64,000 nucleotides of DNA, from the NCBI GenBank assembly GCA_041686005.1, contig JAWLER010000001.1, positions 95,756 through 159,755 on the forward strand. The letters run 5' to 3'. The notes under the pieces are model-generated. The model was given only the letters and a program-made list of their open reading frames with translations, was not told where the DNA came from and searched no databases. The stretch is from Anaerolineales bacterium (GTDB lineage Bacteria > Chloroflexota > Anaerolineae > Anaerolineales > UBA11858). Position 1 is the first letter of the stretch; the number at the start of each line of letters is the position of its first letter. This document shows positions 10,711 through 19,892 of this stretch, piece after piece. Both the position numbers and the translations under genes were made by a program.

Positions 10711-12522
10711 GTGTTCACCATGAGCATGAAAACCATTCGTGAACGAACGCAAACGTTAGTGGATGTGGCGATGGGGAGAGCGCCCGCCGATCTGGTGATA
10801 AAGGGGGGGCAGTGGGTGAACGTCCAGTCCGGAGAGATCATCCCTGCCATAGATATCGCTGTCGTCGGAGAGCGGATCGCTTTTGTGGGGGAGAACGCTT
10901 CTCACACCGTGGGCGACGAGACGGAGGTCATCCAAGCTGAGGGCCGTTACTTGGTGCCCGGCTTATTGGATGCCCACATGCACATTGAATCCGGTATGGT
11001 CACCATCACCGAATTCGTCCGCGCGGTGGGTCCCCACGGCACAACGGGCATGTTTGTCGATCCCCATGAGATCGCCAACGTTTTCGGTCTGAAGGGCGTT
11101 CGCTTGATGGCGGAAGAAGCGGAAAAGCAGCCTGTTCATGTCTGGGTACAAGTCCCCTCTTGCGTTCCGTCCGCCCCAGGTTTGGAGACGCCGGGATCCA
11201 GCATCGGCCCGGAAGAAGTCCAGGAAGCCATGTCTTGGGACCGGATTATCGGATTGGGGGAGATGATGAATTTCCCCGGGGTTTTTAACAGTGACCGGAA
11301 AATGCACGATGAAATGGCAGCCACCCGGGCTGCGGGAAAAGTGGTGGGCGGGCATTATGCATCCCCTGATCTGGGATTGCCGTTTCATGGCTATGCGGCA
11401 GGCGGTCCCGAGGATGATCATGAGGGGACCCGGAAGGAAGATGCCCTGGCGCGCGTCAGGCAGGGGATGAAAGCCATGCTGCGCTATGGCTCCGGCTGGT
11501 TGGATGTCGAAGCCCAGATCAAAGCGGTCACAGAAGAAGGGTTGGACCCCCGGCATTTCCTGCTTTGCACAGATGACACCCATTCTGAGACTCTGGTCAA
11601 TGAAGGACATATGGACCGTGTAGTCCGGCACACCATCGACTTGGGTGTGGATCCTCTCACCGTGATCCAGATGGCGACATTGAACACCGCAGAGCACTTT
11701 GGGGTGGCGCGGGATATGGGGCAAATCGCCCCCGGACGCTATGCGGACATCCTTCTGGTGCCGGATTTGAAAGACTTCATTGCCGAGACGGTGATCGCTA
11801 AAGGTCAGGTGATCGCGGAAAATGGGACATGGGCGATCGATTTACCGGAGGTTGAATACCCTCGTTGGGCGACACACTCCGTCAACGTCAAACGCCCTCT
11901 GACCGCGGATGATTTCCGCCTGGAGGTCCCGGAAGAGCTGTCCGGTGCGGAGCTGGAAGCCCATGTCATCGGTGTCATCGAAGGTCAGGCGCCCACAAAA
12001 CATTTGCGGGTCCCTGTCGAAGCGGAAGGTGGCGAAATCAAGGTGGATATCGGGCGTGATTTGGCGAAGATCGCTTTGGTAGAGCGCCACAATGCGACCG
12101 GCGGTGTGCAGGTCGCGCTGGTGCAGGGCTTTGAACTCGGCCCGGATTGCGCCCTCGCCAGCACGGTTGCTCATGACTCCCATCACATGATCGTGGTGGG
12201 GACGGATGAAGATCAGATGGCCCGGGCTGCCAATGAGCTGGTGGACATGCAGGGAGGGCAGGTGGTGGTCAAAGAGGATCAGATCATTGGAAAAGTCCCC
12301 CTGCCCATTGCCGGTTTGATGTCTGATAAACGGGCAGAGGTGGTTGCCGAAGAAGCCGCCTCGGTTTTAGAGGGGTTCCGGGAATGCGGGTGCACGATCA
12401 AGAATCCCAATATGCAGCTCAGCCTTTTAGCTCTGGTGGTCATCCCCGCTTTACGGATTTCGGATTTGGGATTGGTGGATGCCGATGCGTTCAAGCTCAT
12501 CCCAGCAGTTGAAGAAGTATAA
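10711..12522 (+). CDS. ade: adenine deaminase
   Basis: ~600 aa with VPGLLDAHMHIESGM..GTTGMFVDPHEIANV, typical of the Ade family. The true start may be ATG 10720 or 10726 rather than GTG 10711. Confidence 0.85.
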   Translation: MFTMSMKTIRERTQTLVDVAMGRAPADLVIKGGQWVNVQSGEIIPAIDIAVVGERIAFVGENASHTVGDETEVIQAEGRYLVPGLLDAHMHIESGMVTITEFVRAVGPHGTTGMFVDPHEIANVFGLKGVRLMAEEAEKQPVHVWVQVPSCVPSAPGLETPGSSIGPEEVQEAMSWDRIIGLGEMMNFPGVFNSDRKMHDEMAATRAAGKVVGGHYASPDLGLPFHGYAAGGPEDDHEGTRKEDALARVRQGMKAMLRYGSGWLDVEAQIKAVTEEGLDPRHFLLCTDDTHSETLVNEGHMDRVVRHTIDLGVDPLTVIQMATLNTAEHFGVARDMGQIAPGRYADILLVPDLKDFIAETVIAKGQVIAENGTWAIDLPEVEYPRWATHSVNVKRPLTADDFRLEVPEELSGAELEAHVIGVIEGQAPTKHLRVPVEAEGGEIKVDIGRDLAKIALVERHNATGGVQVALVQGFELGPDCALASTVAHDSHHMIVVGTDEDQMARAANELVDMQGGQVVVKEDQIIGKVPLPIAGLMSDKRAEVVAEEAASVLEGFRECGCTIKNPNMQLSLLALVVIPALRISDLGLVDADAFKLIPAVEEV

Positions 12523-12524
12523 CC

Positions 12525-13262
12525 ATGGGTACACAAGGGGTTTCAGAAACAGTCCAATTGCAGTTGAGTGCCATCATCGCTGAGATGGAAACCGGGGAGC
12601 GGCTTCCCTCGGAACCCAAGCTCGCGAACCAGCTGGGAGTGTCCCGGGCCACCCTTCGGGAGGTGATGAGGACCTTTGAAACGCGGGGCCTGCTGCGCAG
12701 GAAGCAGGGGGTGGGCACGTTTGTGATCCATCCCACCCAGGTTTTCGAAAGCGGCTTGGAGAATTTGGTCAGCTTGGAGACCTTGGCGGAGAGGATTGGG
12801 CTTTCTGTATCCATGGGGGAATTGGAAATAGAACGGGGTTTCCCTGGCGATGAGGAAGCGGAAGCCTTGAACCTGGACCAGGATGTGGACATTGTCCGCG
12901 TCACGAGGGTCATTATGGCGGAGAACCGGCCAGTCGCTTATTTGGTCGATATTTTACCCACCGATATCTTGGCACCGGACGAAATCCCGCCGGATTTCAC
13001 GGGTTCCATTTTGGACTTGCTTTTGGAAAAGAATCAACCTCCCTTAGCGAGCTCCCGCACGGACATCAACGCCACCGGTGCTTCTCCGGAAATCGCCAGT
13101 GCCCTGGATATCCAACGCCATGCCCCCTTGCTGGTGTTTTGCTCTCAGCTCTACTCTACCAGGGGGCGGGTGGTTGATTATTCCTTCAGCTATTTCTTGC
13201 CAGGTTATTTCCGGTTTCACATTGTACGCCATATAGGGAACAGGATTTCAGGTTCCTCCTAG
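12525..13262 (+). CDS. GntR-family transcriptional regulator (HutC-like, probable UTRA effector domain)
   Basis: The wHTH reads LPSEPKLANQLGVSRATLREVMRTFETRGLLRRKQGVGTFV, and the 245-aa length fits the family. Its start is only 2 nt after the adenine deaminase stop, so it is probably co-transcribed. Confidence 0.85.
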   Translation: MGTQGVSETVQLQLSAIIAEMETGERLPSEPKLANQLGVSRATLREVMRTFETRGLLRRKQGVGTFVIHPTQVFESGLENLVSLETLAERIGLSVSMGELEIERGFPGDEEAEALNLDQDVDIVRVTRVIMAENRPVAYLVDILPTDILAPDEIPPDFTGSILDLLLEKNQPPLASSRTDINATGASPEIASALDIQRHAPLLVFCSQLYSTRGRVVDYSFSYFLPGYFRFHIVRHIGNRISGSS

Positions 13263-13334
13263 TGGGAAAGAGGCGAGAAGCAGGACGGCATAGGACAACA
13301 GATCATTCATTTTGTAACAAAAGGAGTAAAGGAC

Positions 13335-14288
13335 ATGCGAAGTTTTTTGGGACGAGACATTTTATCTTTGAAGGATTTTGAACGACGTGAATTCCAGCGG
13401 GTTTTTGAGGTCGCTGAGGAACTGGCGCCCATCGCCCACAATCGAAAGAACGTTGACCTTCTCCAGGAAAAAACGCTGGTGACGGCTTTCTATCAACCGT
13501 CCACCCGCACTCGCTTGGCGCACGAGTCCGCTATGCTGCGACTGGGTGGAAAAGTGACCGGCTTTGCGGATGCCAGTGTGACCCGGGCGGGGGACTTCTA
13601 CCAGGAGTCCATCAAGGACACGTTTAAGATGTTGGAGCATTACGGGGATGTGATCGTCACCCGGCACTTCCAAAAAGGTGCACCGCACGAAGCCGCCAAA
13701 TGGGTCAGCGTGCCGGTGATCAACGGCGGGGATGGGTGGGGCGAGCATCCCACACAGATTCTGACCGACCTTTATACCATTTACCGGGAAAAAGGGACCA
13801 TCGACGGTTTGAATTGGGTTGCCGTGGGCGACATGCGCATGCGCACCATGCACTCCTTGGGCCACGCCCTGACCCAATTTGACTGCCCCTTGACCTTGAT
13901 TTCGCCGGACGATATGTCCCTCCCTGATGAGTACAGGGAAGACTTCAAAGCGGGTAGCCTGAATTTCACCGAGGGCGGCGATGTCCGTGAGGTGATTGGC
14001 CAAGCGGATGTCATCCTGGTAGAGCCTGTCGTACAACCGGATTACACCAAATCCCGCGACGAACGGAAAGGCGAGGTGGCCCAGACGCCGCCGCAGTTCA
14101 AGATCACCAAGGAATTGCTGGAGACCAAGGCGAAATCTGATGCCATCCTGCTCCACTCACTACCCCGCATGGATGAAATCCCCCCGGATGTGGACCACAC
14201 CCGTTGGTCGCGTTACTGGGAAGAGGGCTTCAACGGCGTGGTCATGCGTATGGCGCTTCTGGCCTTGGTGCTGGGCGCGAAGGAGTAA
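13335..14288 (+). CDS. aspartate-carbamoyltransferase-like transcarbamylase with a divergent second-substrate site
   Basis: Carbamoyl-phosphate motifs STRTR and HPTQ are present, and the HPLPR motif reads HSLPRMDEI. The canonical TRVQKER segment appears as EPVVQPD in a by-eye alignment. Confidence 0.8.
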   Translation: MRSFLGRDILSLKDFERREFQRVFEVAEELAPIAHNRKNVDLLQEKTLVTAFYQPSTRTRLAHESAMLRLGGKVTGFADASVTRAGDFYQESIKDTFKMLEHYGDVIVTRHFQKGAPHEAAKWVSVPVINGGDGWGEHPTQILTDLYTIYREKGTIDGLNWVAVGDMRMRTMHSLGHALTQFDCPLTLISPDDMSLPDEYREDFKAGSLNFTEGGDVREVIGQADVILVEPVVQPDYTKSRDERKGEVAQTPPQFKITKELLETKAKSDAILLHSLPRMDEIPPDVDHTRWSRYWEEGFNGVVMRMALLALVLGAKE

Positions 14289-14393
14289 GGTAGGGACTCA
14301 TACCGAAGATGAGAAGGGGGCTGAAGCCATGATCTTCATCCATAGCTCTAGTCCCCCTCATGATTTGAAATTTCGAAGAGAGGAGTTTGAAAG

Positions 14394-15374
14394 ATGATTA
14401 CGGATTTGAGAAATCGAGATCTGATCAGCGACCTTGATTTCAGTAAAGAAGAAGTGGAAACGGTGCTTGACGTGGCCTGGGATCTGAAGAAGAAGCAGGC
14501 CCTCGGTCAGCCCCACGCTTATTTACGAGATAAGACCCTGGGTATGCTGTTTTTCTTTTCCAGCACGCGAACGAGGTCGTCCTTTGAAGCCGGGATGGCA
14601 CAGTTAGGAGGTCATGCGGCCTTCATCGAAAGCCGCACCACCCAGGTCTCCCATGGGGATACGGAGAAAGAATTGGGTGAAATTTTGGGACGCTACTTTG
14701 ATGGGATTGCCATCCGTCATGTGGATTGGGGGGTTGGCAATAACTACCTTAACAATGTCGCCTCCGCTTCCCGCGTCCCCGTGCTCAACATGCAAGATGA
14801 GTTTTACCATCCCCATCAATGCCTGGCGGATTTGATGACTATCCAGGAAAAGAAAGGGAAGGATTTACGTGGTAAGAAGATCGTCGTTTCCTGGGCCTAT
14901 GCCTCTTCCTACCTGAAACCGATCTCCGTCCCCCAATCGTTAATATTGCAGATGCCTCGCTTCGGGTTGGACGTCACCTTATCCCACCCCCCGGAATTTG
15001 AACTCATGCCGGAGATCATGGAACAGGCCCGGGAACAGGCCGCATTGTTCGACACCAAGTTCGAAGTCGTCCATGATATGAAAGAAGGCTTTGAAGGGGC
15101 GGATATCGTGTATGCCAAGTCCTGGGGCCCGCTGTTGACAACTCGCGATCAGGATGAAGGCAAGCGCATTCAGGACCAGTACAAAGATTGGATCACGGAT
15201 TCGGAGAAGATGGCCCTGGCGGACAAGGATGCCGTTTATATGCATCCCCTTCCTGCGGATCGGGATGTCGAGGTCACCAGCGAAGTGATGGATGGTCCGC
15301 AGTCCGTGGTGTATGATCAAGCTGAGAATCGATTGCATGCTCAAAAAGCTGTCATGGCGTTGACCATGCGTTAG
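14394..15374 (+). CDS. transcarbamylase of unknown specificity (YgeW-like rather than OTC/PTC)
   Basis: STRTR and HPHQCLADL motifs are present, HPLPA replaces HCLP, and there is no DxxxSMG ornithine motif (AKSWGP instead). The block KKIVVSWAYASSYLKPISVPQS resembles what I recall of the E. coli YgeW subfamily. Confidence 0.75.
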   Translation: MITDLRNRDLISDLDFSKEEVETVLDVAWDLKKKQALGQPHAYLRDKTLGMLFFFSSTRTRSSFEAGMAQLGGHAAFIESRTTQVSHGDTEKELGEILGRYFDGIAIRHVDWGVGNNYLNNVASASRVPVLNMQDEFYHPHQCLADLMTIQEKKGKDLRGKKIVVSWAYASSYLKPISVPQSLILQMPRFGLDVTLSHPPEFELMPEIMEQAREQAALFDTKFEVVHDMKEGFEGADIVYAKSWGPLLTTRDQDEGKRIQDQYKDWITDSEKMALADKDAVYMHPLPADRDVEVTSEVMDGPQSVVYDQAENRLHAQKAVMALTMR

Positions 15375-15383
15375 GAGATAAGT

Positions 15384-16340
15384 ATGAGTGAAGATCGCAA
15401 AGTAGCCGTTGTCGCCATCGGCGGCAACTCATTGATCAAGAGCAAGGACCACCAGACTGTAGAAGATCAGTACCAGGCGGCGAAGGAGACGGCCAAACAC
15501 CTGGTGGACATGATCGAGCAGGGATGGGATATCGCCATCGGGCACGGAAATGGGCCCCAGGTGGGGTTCATCCTCCGCCGCTCGGAGATCGCAGCTCGGG
15601 TGGAAGGCATGCATGAATTGCCGCTGGATGTGTGTGGTGCAGACAGCCAGGGCGCGATTGGCTATGCCTTACAGCAAAACATTCAGAACGAGCTGCAGGA
15701 ACGGGGCATTGACAAGGGGGCAGCCACCGTGATCACCCAGGTCCGGGTGGACCCGGACGATCCAGCCTTCCAAGAACCGTCCAAGCCCATCGGAAGTTTC
15801 ATGGAGGAAGGCGAAGCCCAGCGCAGGGAAAAGGAAGACGGCTGGGATGTGGTCGAAGATGCCGGACGGGGCTGGCGGCGTGTCGTCCCTTCTCCCTTAC
15901 CCCAAGAGATCATGGAGTTGGACGCGGTGAAAGCCTTGATTGAGGCCGGGACCATCACCATCACCGTGGGCGGCGGCGGCATCCCGGTCATTCGCGATGG
16001 GGACGGGGTGAGGGGGACCGCAGCGGTGATTGACAAAGATTTCGCGTCCGGCCTGCTGGCGAACGAAATCAATGCTGATTTGTACTTGATCTCCACCGCA
16101 GTGGAAAAAGTAGCCCTGAATTTCGGGAAACCAAATCAGGAGTGGATCGATACCATGACCGTCGCCGATGCGAAGCGGTACCTGGAGGAAGGCACGCACT
16201 TCGCCAAAGGCTCCATGGAACCGAAGATCAAAGCCATCGTGCGCTTCTTGGAGAGCGGCGGCAAGGAGGCCATCGTCACCAATCCGGAAAATATCGGGCG
16301 GGCGTTAAAGGGAGAGACCGGTACACATATCCTCCCTTAG
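15384..16340 (+). CDS. carbamate kinase
   Basis: VVAIGGNSL .. GHGNGPQVG .. TVGGGGIPV motifs and a length of 318 aa. The start is 9 nt after the transcarbamylase stop. Confidence 0.9.
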   Translation: MSEDRKVAVVAIGGNSLIKSKDHQTVEDQYQAAKETAKHLVDMIEQGWDIAIGHGNGPQVGFILRRSEIAARVEGMHELPLDVCGADSQGAIGYALQQNIQNELQERGIDKGAATVITQVRVDPDDPAFQEPSKPIGSFMEEGEAQRREKEDGWDVVEDAGRGWRRVVPSPLPQEIMELDAVKALIEAGTITITVGGGGIPVIRDGDGVRGTAAVIDKDFASGLLANEINADLYLISTAVEKVALNFGKPNQEWIDTMTVADAKRYLEEGTHFAKGSMEPKIKAIVRFLESGGKEAIVTNPENIGRALKGETGTHILP

Positions 16341-16620
16341 CATAAGAACAGATGCGGTGATAACGCAACGGGTCTTCTTCAGCCAGCATGGTTCTTTGGC
16401 TTATGAAGAGCAGGTATACTACATAGGAAAGGCCGGTCTGTGATCCGCTCGGGGATGAAAGTCAGGAGTAAGGCCGAGGTGCAAGGGAGTGGATGCTGGT
16501 GCGGAAGGTGGTCATCCCCATCGAGAGGGGGTGGGATGTCCATCATCCGTCCCTGGATTTGTGAACCGTGAAGGGGATCACTCCCCAAGACAGGTGCTGT
16601 ATATTGAAAGGAATTCGATC

Positions 16621-17772
16621 ATGAAAAAGTGGCTGAAAGATGAATGGGTGTCGCAATTTGTTGATACCTCACTGCCCATCGTGGCAGCGCTGGGAGCATT
16701 TGCCTTAGGTGCAGTCATGCTCTTATTTTTCAATGTCAATCCTTTTGAAGCATATGGTGCCCTCATCAGGGGTGCATTCGGAAGCTGGAATTCAGTTGCT
16801 GAAACATTGGTGAAAGCGACGCCTTTGTTACTCGTGGGGATAGGGATTTGCATATCTTTCCGGGGGGATGTGATCAACATCGGTGGCGAAGGGCAAATGA
16901 TCGTTGGGGCCATCCTGGGCACCTTTGTGGGATTGAACTTAACCCAATTGCCTGGTTGGTTGGGGATCGTGTTGGCATTTCTCGGTGGATTTGTGGGGGG
17001 CGCTATTTGGGGCGGTATACCAGGCGCCTTAAAAGCCTATTTCAACGTCAATGAGATCCTAAGCACGGTGATGATGAACGCGATTGCCGTTCAATTGATG
17101 AATTTTTTGCTCCGAGGTCCGATGATCGACCCCGCTCAAGCGGAATTGGCCTCCAAGATCCCCCAAACCGCTCGCCTGCAAGACGCCTTCCACTTGCCCC
17201 GTTGGGTACCCACCCGGTTGCATCTCGGGTCGTTGATCGCTGTGGTCCTGGCTATTTTAGTCTACATCCTTTTGTGGCGAACGGTGTTGGGTTATCGCAT
17301 CCGTGCTGTGGGTCAAAGCCCTCATGCTGCTCGGTATGCCGGGATCAAAGTCAAACAGAGTGTGGTTTTAGCGCTTTTGTTGAGTGGAGCTTTTGCGGGT
17401 TTAGCAGGCGTGACCAAAGTCTATGGGGTCAATTATCGTATGATCACAGATGGCTCAGCTTCTGGGTTTACGGGGAGCGCAGGTTTCAACGGTATTGTGG
17501 CCGCCTTGTTCGGTCAGCTTCATCCCATTGGGACCATTCCAGCCTCCATATTATTTGGGGGACTGCTTGTAGGTGCCAATAAAATGCAGCGGGTGATGCA
17601 AATTCCTTCCGCTTTGATCACCGCCCTTAACGGTTTGGTGGTGGTCTTTGTGGTCAGCAGTGAGGTCCTACGTCAAAGGCGACAGCGGCACAGGCTGGCG
17701 GAGAAAATGAAAGAAGTAAGCCAAAATGAGGGGGGTGTGCCAGATGATGACAGCCGGGAGGTGGGAGGATGA
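16621..17772 (+). CDS. ABC transporter permease (BMP/nucleoside-type)
   Basis: Multi-pass permease. I prefer ATG 16621 (MKKWLKDEW..) over the track start 16489, whose N-terminal extension is non-hydrophobic and lies in a probable leader. The stop overlaps the next permease by 4 nt. Confidence 0.8.
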   Translation: MKKWLKDEWVSQFVDTSLPIVAALGAFALGAVMLLFFNVNPFEAYGALIRGAFGSWNSVAETLVKATPLLLVGIGICISFRGDVINIGGEGQMIVGAILGTFVGLNLTQLPGWLGIVLAFLGGFVGGAIWGGIPGALKAYFNVNEILSTVMMNAIAVQLMNFLLRGPMIDPAQAELASKIPQTARLQDAFHLPRWVPTRLHLGSLIAVVLAILVYILLWRTVLGYRIRAVGQSPHAARYAGIKVKQSVVLALLLSGAFAGLAGVTKVYGVNYRMITDGSASGFTGSAGFNGIVAALFGQLHPIGTIPASILFGGLLVGANKMQRVMQIPSALITALNGLVVVFVVSSEVLRQRRQRHRLAEKMKEVSQNEGGVPDDDSREVGG

Positions 17773-18701
17773 TTTCAGATTTGTTTTCAGCGACGGTCCT
17801 GGTTGGCATCCTGGCCTCTGGAATCCGATTGGCTACCCCTTACTTGTATGCAGCGCTCGGTGAAACGTTCAGCCAGCGGAGCGGGGTTTTGAACCTGGGC
17901 GTGGAGGGGCAGATGCTTTTAGGAGCTTTTGCTGCCTTCTATGTCGCCTTTACCACTGGAAACTTATGGCTGGGTATGCTGGCAGCCTTGATTGTCGGCG
18001 CCATGATGGGGCTGGCGATGGCATTTGTCACCGTGAATCTTCATGCAGAGCAGGGCATCAGTGGGATCGGTTTTTATCTCTTCGGTCTGGGAATGAGCGA
18101 CTTACTCTTCCAAAAGGTTCTGGGTACGGTGGAAACCGTGAAAGGGTTCCCCAAAGTGAACATCCCCTACTTAAGCGATCTTCCTGTGTTGGGCAAAATC
18201 CTCTTTCAACATAATATTCTGGTATATATCGCTTTTGCCCTGGTTCCCATCAGCTGGTTTGTGATCAATAAGACCACATTGGGATTGAAAATTAGGTCGG
18301 TGGGAGAGAACCCGGAAGCAGCCGATTCCCTGGGTGTGAGCGTAGCTCGTGTCCGGTATTTTACCGTCATCCTCGGCGGAGCCATGTCAGGGATCGCTGG
18401 CGCCTCCCAATCTATTGCATTGTTGAACGTATTTCAGCAAAATATGACCAGCGGCTTGGGATTCATCGCTGTGGCTTTGGTGTACTTTGGCGCTTGGCGA
18501 CCTGCGGGTGTCATGGGAGGGGCGTTGATCTTCAGCATGGTGAACTCCCTGCAGTTATGGATTCAAGTTTTAGGCATCCCCATCCCCTCGGATATCGCTG
18601 TGATGATGCCTTATATTTTGACCATATTAGTCTTGATGTCTTCGGCATCAGGTGTCCGTTCGCCATCGGCATTAACCAGACCTTTTGAGCGTGAAGAGTG
18701 A
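17769..18701 (+). CDS. ABC transporter permease (second subunit, BMP/nucleoside-type)
   Basis: 310-aa multi-pass protein, translationally coupled to the preceding permease. Confidence 0.85.
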   Translation: MISDLFSATVLVGILASGIRLATPYLYAALGETFSQRSGVLNLGVEGQMLLGAFAAFYVAFTTGNLWLGMLAALIVGAMMGLAMAFVTVNLHAEQGISGIGFYLFGLGMSDLLFQKVLGTVETVKGFPKVNIPYLSDLPVLGKILFQHNILVYIAFALVPISWFVINKTTLGLKIRSVGENPEAADSLGVSVARVRYFTVILGGAMSGIAGASQSIALLNVFQQNMTSGLGFIAVALVYFGAWRPAGVMGGALIFSMVNSLQLWIQVLGIPIPSDIAVMMPYILTILVLMSSASGVRSPSALTRPFEREE

Positions 18702-18807
18702 ATAACTGTGGCCTTCTATAAATAAAAAAGGAGGTGGTGTCCTCTCATGAAAGAAGGCTTAGAATTGGTGGTTGATTTGTAGACTTTAAAGAAAAAAGGA
18801 GAGAAAA

Positions 18808-19812
18808 ATGAGGAAGAATAGTTTATCCATTTTGTTTTTGATCTTCACCATGATCCTGACCGCATGCGGTGGAGCAGCTGGCGGAGAAGAGGAGGGGGTG
18901 TTTAAAGTCGCCCTTGTCATGCCCAGCCCTGTCAGCGACCTGGCCTTCAGCCAGAGCATGTACGATGCTTTGATGTTGATCCAGGAAGAGATGGGCGGTG
19001 AGGAAGCGATGACAGTGGTCTATTCAGACAACATGTTCGTCGTCGATGATGCTGCTGCAGCTATCCGGGACTATGCCTCTCAAGGGATAGACCTGGTCAT
19101 CGCCCATGGATCCCAATATGGCTCCTCACTACAAGAAATTGCGCCCGATTTCCCCGACACGGCCTTTGCTTGGGGTACGACGGTGGATACCTTTAAAGAT
19201 CAGGGCATAGATAACGTCTTTGCATATGAGGCCCGTTCAGAAGAGGGCGGGTATGTCAACGGCGTTGTGGGTACCACCCTTTCCGACAGCAAAGTTTTGG
19301 GAGTGGTCGGCCCCATTGAAACCGGCGATGCCAAACTCTATGTCGATGGTTTCGTAGCAGGGGCGAAAGCCACCGATCCGGATGTCAAAGTCAATGTGAA
19401 CTACATCGGTTCTTTCTCCGATGTGGCCTTGGCTTCTGAAGCTGCCAACACGCATGTTTCAGCGGGCGCTGATGTGCTGACCGGGTCCGCGCAGATGGTC
19501 ACCGGCGCGATCGGAGTCGCTGAGGAGAGCGATGTCCTCTGGTTCGGCACGCAGGCCAACCAGACCGAACTCGCGCCCAGCGTCGTGGTCGCCAATCAGG
19601 TCTATCACTGGGAGGTCATCCTCCGGGATATGATTGACAATGTCCAGAACGGGACATTAGGCGGCGAAGTCTACACGATCGACTTGGCGAATGACGGATT
19701 GCAGATTGAATTCAATCCTGACTTCGATCTGCCAGAAGATGTAAAGTCTTTGGCGGATGAGACCATCCAGGGCATCATTGACGGTGAGATCACGGTTGGC
19801 GTAGGTGAGTAA
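18808..19812 (+). CDS. BMP-family (PnrA/Med-like) ABC substrate-binding lipoprotein
   Basis: Signal peptide with lipobox LTACGG, and KVALVMPSPVSDLAFSQSMYDAL typical of the basic-membrane-protein family, which binds purine nucleosides and bases. Confidence 0.8.
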   Translation: MRKNSLSILFLIFTMILTACGGAAGGEEEGVFKVALVMPSPVSDLAFSQSMYDALMLIQEEMGGEEAMTVVYSDNMFVVDDAAAAIRDYASQGIDLVIAHGSQYGSSLQEIAPDFPDTAFAWGTTVDTFKDQGIDNVFAYEARSEEGGYVNGVVGTTLSDSKVLGVVGPIETGDAKLYVDGFVAGAKATDPDVKVNVNYIGSFSDVALASEAANTHVSAGADVLTGSAQMVTGAIGVAEESDVLWFGTQANQTELAPSVVVANQVYHWEVILRDMIDNVQNGTLGGEVYTIDLANDGLQIEFNPDFDLPEDVKSLADETIQGIIDGEITVGVGE

Positions 19813-19826
19813 GTTTTCTTGGGGAA

Positions 19827-19856
19827 AAGACCAGGGGGAACCAACCCCCTGGTCTT
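19827..19856 (+). other. strong intra-operon stem-loop between the SBP and ATPase genes (12-bp stem, 6-nt loop, no U-tract)
   Basis: AAGACCAGGGGG-aaccaa-CCCCCTGGTCTT read directly; it is followed by CCCCCTTCC rather than a T-run. Confidence 0.6.
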
Positions 19857-19892
19857 CCCCCTTCCTGTCATACCCGATAGAAAGGATGAGCG

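Noticed and set aside
13362-14156. 264-aa ORF antisense to the ATCase-like gene
   Set aside because: It lies entirely inside a gene with unmistakable transcarbamylase motifs on the other strand. Long antisense ORFs of this kind are typical of GC-rich DNA. The same reasoning applies to 10963-11724, 23732-24628, 26207-26995, 59719-60324 and 62504-63247.
16489-16620. N-terminal 44-aa extension of the first permease ORF
   Set aside because: The extension is hydrophilic (MDAGAEGGHPHREG..) and lies in the structured spacer. The ATG at 16621 begins a typical permease N-terminus, so I shortened the gene.
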